From Lysobacterales bacterium (GTDB lineage Bacteria > Pseudomonadota > Gammaproteobacteria > Xanthomonadales > SZUA-5), in assembly GCA_022844165.1 (NCBI GenBank), contig JALHMH010000003.1:160001-224000 (forward strand): a stretch of DNA of 64,000 nt, read 5' to 3'. The notes under the pieces are model-generated. The model had not been told where the DNA came from. It did not search any database and saw nothing but the letters and a program-made list of their open reading frames with translations. The position numbers were made by a program, and so were the translations under genes. This document shows positions 58,057-64,000 of this stretch, piece by piece (within the stretch, counting starts at the first letter, position 1; each line of letters begins with the position of its first letter).

Positions 58057-58633
58057 GGGCAGGCCGGTTGCGATCGGCTTGTTGCTGCTGGTGCTGGCGA
58101 TCATTTATTTCGCGCTGTTTCACGGTTTCATTGTGCAGCATCTGGCATATGCGGAAACGCTGTCCGTAGATAAGACCAACGAGCTCCGATTCCGCCAGAT
58201 CGCCGCTCAGCGTGCCGATGTTCAGGCGCGACTTGGGGAAGTGCGGCAGTTCCAGGCTGGCGCGAACTATTTTTTGCCTGAAGACAGCTTCGATCTCGCG
58301 GCCGCAAACCTCAACAGCCAGCTCAAACAGATCATCACCGACAAGGCGCGCGACGCACAGCGCTGCCAATTGACCAGCAGCCAGAACGAGCGGCCAACCG
58401 CCGCCGAACCCTACCAGCGCGTCGTGGTCAAGGTGCGCATGCGCTGCGATCTGGACGATCTCACCGAGGTTCTTTACGAGCTGGAGAACGCAACGCCGTT
58501 CTTGTTCATTACCGAGTTGAATCTCTACCAGCAGCAGATGTTCCAGGGCGGAATGCCGCAGCCGAACTTGGGTGATCTTGACATCCGCTTCGATTTGTTC
58601 GGTTACATCCGCAAACCTGGAGGTCAGGGATGA
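58025..58633 (+). CDS. gspM: Type II secretion protein M
   Basis: N-terminal TM, coiled coil, LE.ATPFLFITEL, LDIRFDLFGY; expected position in the operon. Confidence 0.85.
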   Translation: MALTLLPPPGKGRPVAIGLLLLVLAIIYFALFHGFIVQHLAYAETLSVDKTNELRFRQIAAQRADVQARLGEVRQFQAGANYFLPEDSFDLAAANLNSQLKQIITDKARDAQRCQLTSSQNERPTAAEPYQRVVVKVRMRCDLDDLTEVLYELENATPFLFITELNLYQQQMFQGGMPQPNLGDLDIRFDLFGYIRKPGGQG

Positions 58634-59382
58634 AGCGCGACCTCGGTGCCTGGATTACGCCGATTCTCGGTGGCATTTGCAGCTGCCTGGGATTGATTGC
58701 AGCACTGCAGGCGCTTGGCGTGGGCGGTGGGTTCTCGGTACTCCCGGCCACCAGTCTGGCGCTGGAAGAAGATCTCAAACAGCCGTTGACGCAGTCGGAG
58801 TTCAAGCTGCCGCCGTTTACTCAATACGCCGAGATTGCGCAGCGCCCGATTTTCAATTCCGATCGCAAGCCGCGACCGATCGAAGCGATCGCAGCTGTGC
58901 CGGGCGGCGAAGAACCGCCGCCAGTCGCACTCAACATCACTTTGCTTGGTGTGTTGCTTGAGAACGAAAAGAAAATCGCCATCTTCCGCGACAACAGCAA
59001 GAGCACCACGGTACGCGCCAAAGTCGGGATGCCATTGCCTGGCGAACTGGCCGGCTGGACATTGCAGGAACTTGAGCCGCGCAAAGCCGTCTTTGACGGT
59101 GGCCCCCAGCAAGGTACGGCCGAGGTCAAGCTGGATGTGACCAAAGCGCCCACGGGGGCGCCACCTCCGGCGCCAATGCAAGCCATAAACCCAGGTGTGC
59201 CGCCGCAGCCACCGCCACAGCCCGGACAAGCCATGCCAACGGCGCAGCCTGGACAACCGGGGCAAGTATCGCCAGAGGAGGCGGCGCGTCAAGCCGAAGT
59301 GCAAAGAATCATCGAGCAGCGTCGTGCGCAGATGCGCGCGGAAGCAGAAAAAATGAGTCAGCAGCAAGGGCAGCAACAATGA
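58630..59382 (+). CDS. XpsN/GspC-like T2SS component
   Basis: TM, YAEIAQRPIF..DRKP, TLLGVL, GWTL, Pro/Gln-rich tail; lies between gspM and gspD. Confidence 0.75.
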   Translation: MKRDLGAWITPILGGICSCLGLIAALQALGVGGGFSVLPATSLALEEDLKQPLTQSEFKLPPFTQYAEIAQRPIFNSDRKPRPIEAIAAVPGGEEPPPVALNITLLGVLLENEKKIAIFRDNSKSTTVRAKVGMPLPGELAGWTLQELEPRKAVFDGGPQQGTAEVKLDVTKAPTGAPPPAPMQAINPGVPPQPPPQPGQAMPTAQPGQPGQVSPEEAARQAEVQRIIEQRRAQMRAEAEKMSQQQGQQQ

Positions 59383-61733
59383 CAGGCGCTGTCCAAAAGG
59401 AGAGTTGGGTGATCGACCGTTGGATCAGAGCCGGCGCCGTGGCGTTGGCAGTTTTTTTGGCCGGCTGCGCCACAGCACCGGAACGACCGGTGGCCGATAT
59501 CGCACCAAAACCACGACCCGTCCTGCAAGACGAAGACGTTGACGCTGCGCCGGTGGCACCGGTTACCGCGGAGGTTGCAAAGGACGAGATCACGCCCGGT
59601 ACGGGCGAGCTGATCAATCTTGCCGCCGCCAAGCGCCCAAATCGCAAGCCACCCGAACAGGGCAAAGCCAGCCTCAACTTTGCCGACATGCCGATCGCCG
59701 ATGTGGTCAAGATGATCTTGGGCGACCTGCTCGGCGAGAACTATGTGATTGCGGCGGGAGTCAGCGGCACCGTGACTTTTTCCACGGTGCGGCCGGTCAC
59801 CTCAGAGCAAGCGCTGTCGATCCTCGAAATGTTGCTCAGCTGGAATAACCTCGCATTGGTTTACATCGACGGGCAGTATTCGATTGTGCCTGCCGCCAAT
59901 GCCGTTCGCGGCAATCTGACGCCGCGCGTGGGCTCGCTCGACGGCGCCCGCGGATTTGAGGTCCGCGCCATCCCGTTGCAGTTCATTGCGCCGACGGAAA
60001 TGGAGAAGTTGCTGCAGCCTTACGCTCGCGAGGGAGCCATCCTCAAGGCCGACAACGCGCGCAGTTTGATTGTTCTGGCAGGTACCCGCCGCGAGCTCGA
60101 AAACTACCTGACGACCGTCGAAGTGTTCGATGTCGACTGGATCAAAGGTATGTCGATCGGGCTGATCACTTTGGAAGAAGCCGAAGCTAAGGCGCTGGTG
60201 CCCGAGCTCGATCAAATCTTCGGCGAAGCCTCTGGCTCGCCGCTCGCCGGGATGTTCCGATTCCTTCCCATCGAGCGCTTGAACGCCATCCTGGTCATCA
60301 CGCCGCAGCGACGTTATCTCAACGAGGCGGAGCGCTGGATCGAGCGTCTCGATAAGGGCGGCAACCAGCCCGGCGTGCGCCTCTACGTCTACGACGTCAA
60401 GAACGTCAAGGCAACCGATCTGTCAGATCGCTTGAACGACATTTTCGGTGGCTCTGGCGGTGAATCGAATCGCGCCAGAACATCGAATGCCGCAGGATCG
60501 CTGGCCCCAGGACTACAGCCGGTTGAGTTGTCGTCTGGCAGTAGCGCACGATTGCGCGGACCCACGGGCGAACGCATCGAGCCGAACAAGGATGCCAGCA
60601 ATCCAGGTGGTGCAGCGGCGACCGACGCGGGCGCGCAGCAACGCGCTTTCGCTGCAGCTTCCGCGCCCGGAGGCGGCGGCGATCAAGGGCTGGCGATCAT
60701 CGAAGGCGAAGAGATTCGCATCACCGCCGTCGAGGAAAACAACCAGTTGATTATCCGCTCGACGCCAGGGCAATACGAAGCGATCCGCGGCGCGATCCGT
60801 AAACTCGACACCGTACCGTTGCAGGTCCACATCGAAGCACGTCTGCTCGATGTGAGCTTGTCGAACTCATTGCAATTTGGCGTGAGCTGGTTTTTTGACG
60901 AGGCAGTTGCCAACTTGCCGGTCGACGATGACGATGACGATGACGATGACGATAACAGCGCCGCATCGGCGCTCAAGGAAGTCTTGGGAACTGCCACTTT
61001 TGGTCAGATCGGTGGCGGCGGTAACCGCTGGATATTCAGCGGCAAAAACGCAGCGGCGCTGATCACCTTCCTGCAAAACGAAACCGACACCAAGGTGCTC
61101 TCTGCTCCGTCGGTGCTGGTGCTCAACAACACCGAAGCCTCGATCAACGTCGGTCAGCAGATTCCCGTCGTCAGCAGTTTTTTCAATCCTATTACGACGC
61201 CAGGGACCGGTGGAAGCTCGGTTGGCCAAAGCCAGTTTCAGTTTCGCGATACCGGTATCACGCTCGAGGTCAAGCCAAGAGTCAATCCAGGTGGGCTCGT
61301 TTTTATGGAGATTTCTGCCGAGCAGAGCACGCCGGGTGCGTCGTCCGCGGCGTCCGACTTTGGCGGCAACGTGCCCGTCGATCAGCAAACCATCTCGACG
61401 GAAATTGCCGTTCAGAGTGGCGACACGGTTCTTCTGGGTGGCCTCATTCAGCAAAACGACAGCCAGTCGAATGCCGGTGTTCCCGGATTGAAGAACATCC
61501 CCATCATCGGTCGCCTCTTCGGCAGCAGCAATACAGACAATTCGCGCAAGGAGCTGCTGGTGTTGATCACGCCGACGGTGGTGCGCGGCGGAGAAGAAGC
61601 CGCTGAAATCACCGATGAATATAAGCAGCGCTTCCGCGGTTTGGAGCCGCTGCTCCGCGACATGGAAGAGGCTGAGCGTGCTCGCCTGCAACGCTTGCAA
61701 AATGAGAAAGGAGACAATGATGAAAATCCATAA
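59379..61733 (+). CDS. gspD: Type II secretion secretin (lipoprotein type)
   Basis: LAGC lipobox, LNF.D..I, N-domains, QVHIEARL, VLSAPS, TGITLEVKPRVN, GVPGLKNIPIIG.LF, ELLVLITP. Confidence 0.95.
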   Translation: MTGAVQKESWVIDRWIRAGAVALAVFLAGCATAPERPVADIAPKPRPVLQDEDVDAAPVAPVTAEVAKDEITPGTGELINLAAAKRPNRKPPEQGKASLNFADMPIADVVKMILGDLLGENYVIAAGVSGTVTFSTVRPVTSEQALSILEMLLSWNNLALVYIDGQYSIVPAANAVRGNLTPRVGSLDGARGFEVRAIPLQFIAPTEMEKLLQPYAREGAILKADNARSLIVLAGTRRELENYLTTVEVFDVDWIKGMSIGLITLEEAEAKALVPELDQIFGEASGSPLAGMFRFLPIERLNAILVITPQRRYLNEAERWIERLDKGGNQPGVRLYVYDVKNVKATDLSDRLNDIFGGSGGESNRARTSNAAGSLAPGLQPVELSSGSSARLRGPTGERIEPNKDASNPGGAAATDAGAQQRAFAAASAPGGGGDQGLAIIEGEEIRITAVEENNQLIIRSTPGQYEAIRGAIRKLDTVPLQVHIEARLLDVSLSNSLQFGVSWFFDEAVANLPVDDDDDDDDDDNSAASALKEVLGTATFGQIGGGGNRWIFSGKNAAALITFLQNETDTKVLSAPSVLVLNNTEASINVGQQIPVVSSFFNPITTPGTGGSSVGQSQFQFRDTGITLEVKPRVNPGGLVFMEISAEQSTPGASSAASDFGGNVPVDQQTISTEIAVQSGDTVLLGGLIQQNDSQSNAGVPGLKNIPIIGRLFGSSNTDNSRKELLVLITPTVVRGGEEAAEITDEYKQRFRGLEPLLRDMEEAERARLQRLQNEKGDNDENP

Positions 61734-62202
61734 GCGGCGGGCCTTTCGTGCCGCTTTCCTGATTCTTCTGGCCGGTGCGTTGGCGGCATGCGCAGGGAAC
61801 GGGAAACGCAATCCTGAGCCGGCAGGTAGCGCCCCCGCCGGCGGAGAATCGGTTGCCGTCAAGCCAGAGGACGCTGTCCGAGTGCGTGCTGTCGCGCGGT
61901 GGGAGACGCTGATCGATCGTCAGTTCGATAAGGCCTACGACTACCTGTCGCCGGGCTACCGCGAAGTACGGCCGAGAGAGGACTACGCCAAAATCATGGG
62001 AGGGCGCCCACTGCAATGGACGAACGCGAGATTTGTCTCTGCCACTTGCGAGACCGAGACCTGCGCTGTCAGTATTGAGGTTCACGCGAACTTCGAAATG
62101 CCGGTGATGCGTGTCGGCACGGTTGAAACGCTGACTGTCGTCCAAGAAAATTGGATCTTGAGCGACGGAGAGTGGTATTTGGTGCCTGCGGCCGACCGGT
62201 AA
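61717..62202 (+). CDS. Conserved hypothetical lipoprotein (candidate pilotin or S-layer-associated)
   Basis: AGGAG RBS, LAAC lipobox, RAVARWETLI...AYDYLSPGYR, CxxxxC, ENW...GEWY; overlaps the gspD end. Confidence 0.75.
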   Translation: MMKIHKRRAFRAAFLILLAGALAACAGNGKRNPEPAGSAPAGGESVAVKPEDAVRVRAVARWETLIDRQFDKAYDYLSPGYREVRPREDYAKIMGGRPLQWTNARFVSATCETETCAVSIEVHANFEMPVMRVGTVETLTVVQENWILSDGEWYLVPAADR

Positions 62203-62355
62203 GGTTGGCAGCGTGCGTAGTGGTTGCACTGCAGTTCAACTTGCATTAGCATCTGTTGCGCTCTTGTCTAGCCTTGCCACAAGAGGGGATGAAATCCCCC
62301 ACTGGGAGCGAGGTTAGCCGTAGGCGAAGCCCTGTAGTTGACTAGGAGTGTTGTA

Positions 62356-64000
62356 ATGAAAAAGAACACCATGGCGACTGCCATCGTTGCCGGCCTCGCC
62401 GGTATCGCTGGTATCGCAAATATTTCCACCGCGGTGAACCTCAATCCGGACGGCGTCGGTCAGGTTCTCCTGTACCCGTACTACACCGTCAATGGCAACA
62501 ACCTGACCATCCTGTCGGTGGTGAACACCACCAGCGCTGGTAAGGCCGTCAAGGTCCGCTTCCTCGACGCACGTAACTCGCGCGAAGTGTTGGACTTCAA
62601 CCTGTACCTGTCCGAGTTCGACGTTTGGACGGCGACCATCTTCTCGCAAGCCGACACCGGCCCGGCGAACATCACGACGACCGACACCAGCTGCACCGTG
62701 CCGGGCATCGAAAGCGGCATCTTCCAGTTGCCGACGCTGCCGAGCGGTCAACGCTTCTTCCCGTTCCGCACGACGTTCTTCACGGATTACGCGCAGCCGG
62801 CACTGACCGATGCGACCCGTACCCGTGACGGTTACGTCGAAATGATCGAGATGGGCTCCATCCCGACCAACAGCTTCTTCGGCGCCAACCTGACGCACAT
62901 CAACAATCGTCCGGCCGACTGCGCAACGTTGGAACGCGCTTGGTTGACCAATGGTATCTGGACGGCAACTGCTGGCACGGAAGATCTCGAAGCTCCGCTG
63001 GGTGGTCTGTTCGGCGCTGCGGCGCTGGTCAACGTTGCTGACGGCACGTTCCTGAATTACAACGCTGACGCAATTGATGGTTTCCGTGCAACGCAGATCC
63101 ACACTGCGCCGGGCTTCGACCTGCCGAACCTGAACAACGCCAACAGCGCTGTCGCCGGTATCGTCACCAGCTTCGTGTTCGATCGCGGTCGTTTGATCAC
63201 ATCCAACTGGCGTACGACCCCAGCCGCCACGCCGGATACCGCTGTCAATGCTCAGCCGGTTGACGCAGTTTCGGCAGTTCTGATGCGCGAAGCCGTGTTC
63301 AATGAATACGCTGTCGATGCCGATTTGCGTGCAGCTACAGAATGGGTGGTCACCTTCCCAACCCGTCGTTTCTACGTCCGCTCCGCGCCGTTGGGTTCGA
63401 CCGGTGGCACGATCGCTCCGTTCACGATGGGTTTTGCCAACGGCCCGATCGGCTCGGCACTGGGCAATGCTGGTTGCGAGCGCGTTTCGCCGCGCATCTA
63501 CAACCGTGAAGAAGACACGTTTAATGTGTTCGACTTCTCGCCATCGACCGGTCAAGCTCAGTTGTGCTGGGAAGCGAACCCGTTGTGGTTCTCGCGCACC
63601 CCGCCAGGCATTGCTTCGCGCACACCGATCTTCGGCGCTCCTGGTCTCCAGGGCACGGGCACCGCGACCGTTGGTCCGTTGTGGACTGGCGTTCCGACCT
63701 TCCTGCAGCTGTTTGGCATTATCCAGAAAACCTTCCAAAACGGTTGGTTCTGGTTGGGCTTCTACGACCTGAACGCGTTCAGCCCGGCCGGTATCCCGAC
63801 CCCGCTGAATCGTCCGCAGTTGGTGGAAACCACACTGCCGACCGGCCAAGCTGACCGTTTCTTTGGTCTGCCGGCCACCGGCTTCTGGGCACTGCGCGTT
63901 GAGAACAACAACGCTCGTCCCGGTGTGCAGGGCTTCTACGGTGGCGCCTACCCGCACCGCGCATCACGCGCTTGCTACAAGGGTGCGTTCGCTGCATCGG
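62356..64000 (+). CDS. Probable S-layer/major cell-surface protein, truncated by the window edge (not in the ORF track)
   Basis: AGGAG RBS, ATG 62356, signal peptide, then AVNLNPDGVGQVLLYPYYTV..SVVNTT..KAVKVRF...NSREVLDFNLYLS..DVW, EWVVTFPT, GLPATGF...YGGAYPHR. Open for about 548 codons with strongly C-ending codons. Confidence 0.75.
   Translation, partial: MKKNTMATAIVAGLAGIAGIANISTAVNLNPDGVGQVLLYPYYTVNGNNLTILSVVNTTSAGKAVKVRFLDARNSREVLDFNLYLSEFDVWTATIFSQADTGPANITTTDTSCTVPGIESGIFQLPTLPSGQRFFPFRTTFFTDYAQPALTDATRTRDGYVEMIEMGSIPTNSFFGANLTHINNRPADCATLERAWLTNGIWTATAGTEDLEAPLGGLFGAAALVNVADGTFLNYNADAIDGFRATQIHTAPGFDLPNLNNANSAVAGIVTSFVFDRGRLITSNWRTTPAATPDTAVNAQPVDAVSAVLMREAVFNEYAVDADLRAATEWVVTFPTRRFYVRSAPLGSTGGTIAPFTMGFANGPIGSALGNAGCERVSPRIYNREEDTFNVFDFSPSTGQAQLCWEANPLWFSRTPPGIASRTPIFGAPGLQGTGTATVGPLWTGVPTFLQLFGIIQKTFQNGWFWLGFYDLNAFSPAGIPTPLNRPQLVETTLPTGQADRFFGLPATGFWALRVENNNARPGVQGFYGGAYPHRASRACYKGAFAAS

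Noticed and set aside
62314-63957. 547-aa minus-strand ORF in the track
   Set aside because: Antisense shadow of the plus-strand surface-protein gene, which has the RBS, signal peptide and family motifs.

Overview
This is a GC-rich chromosomal window. Gene content and order (xps-type T2SS, pfk-adk-mpl-LON, YerC-hisG..IE, MTAP-hpt-nagZ-CYTH) point to a Xanthomonadales/Lysobacterales bacterium; this assignment is inference. Most genes are housekeeping: a pssA/partner-switching/MlaE cluster, ntrX-like-trkA-trkH, a complete his operon with a TrpR/YerC-like regulator and candidate operator, purine salvage, nagZ, an ABC-2 pair, an S46 peptidase, a PIN/HTH toxin-antitoxin pair, mpl, adk, PPi-type pfk, cls, suhB, RimK/GNAT and a rhomboid. 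A gspE-D type II secretion cluster follows, then a lipoprotein and a probable S-layer/cell-surface gene that runs off the right end and is absent from the ORF track. I see no CRISPR array, rRNA, tRNA, transposase or phage genes. Three signals stand out. (1) Heptamer-repeat (GGGGCAC/GTGCCCC) inserts at operon junctions repeatedly form small 'bridge' ORFs coupled to both neighbours, or sit inside cleavable pseudopilin leaders. (2) Two unrelated secreted proteins share the C-terminal tag DALFxxGFE, in a window that also holds a T2SS, an S-layer-like gene and an exosortase-associated-like membrane protein, so this is a candidate surface-sorting system. (3) A ~200-bp structured dispersed repeat occurs in 3 copies, and its end coincides with TAG stop codons. 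All family calls come from motif recognition, not database searches.
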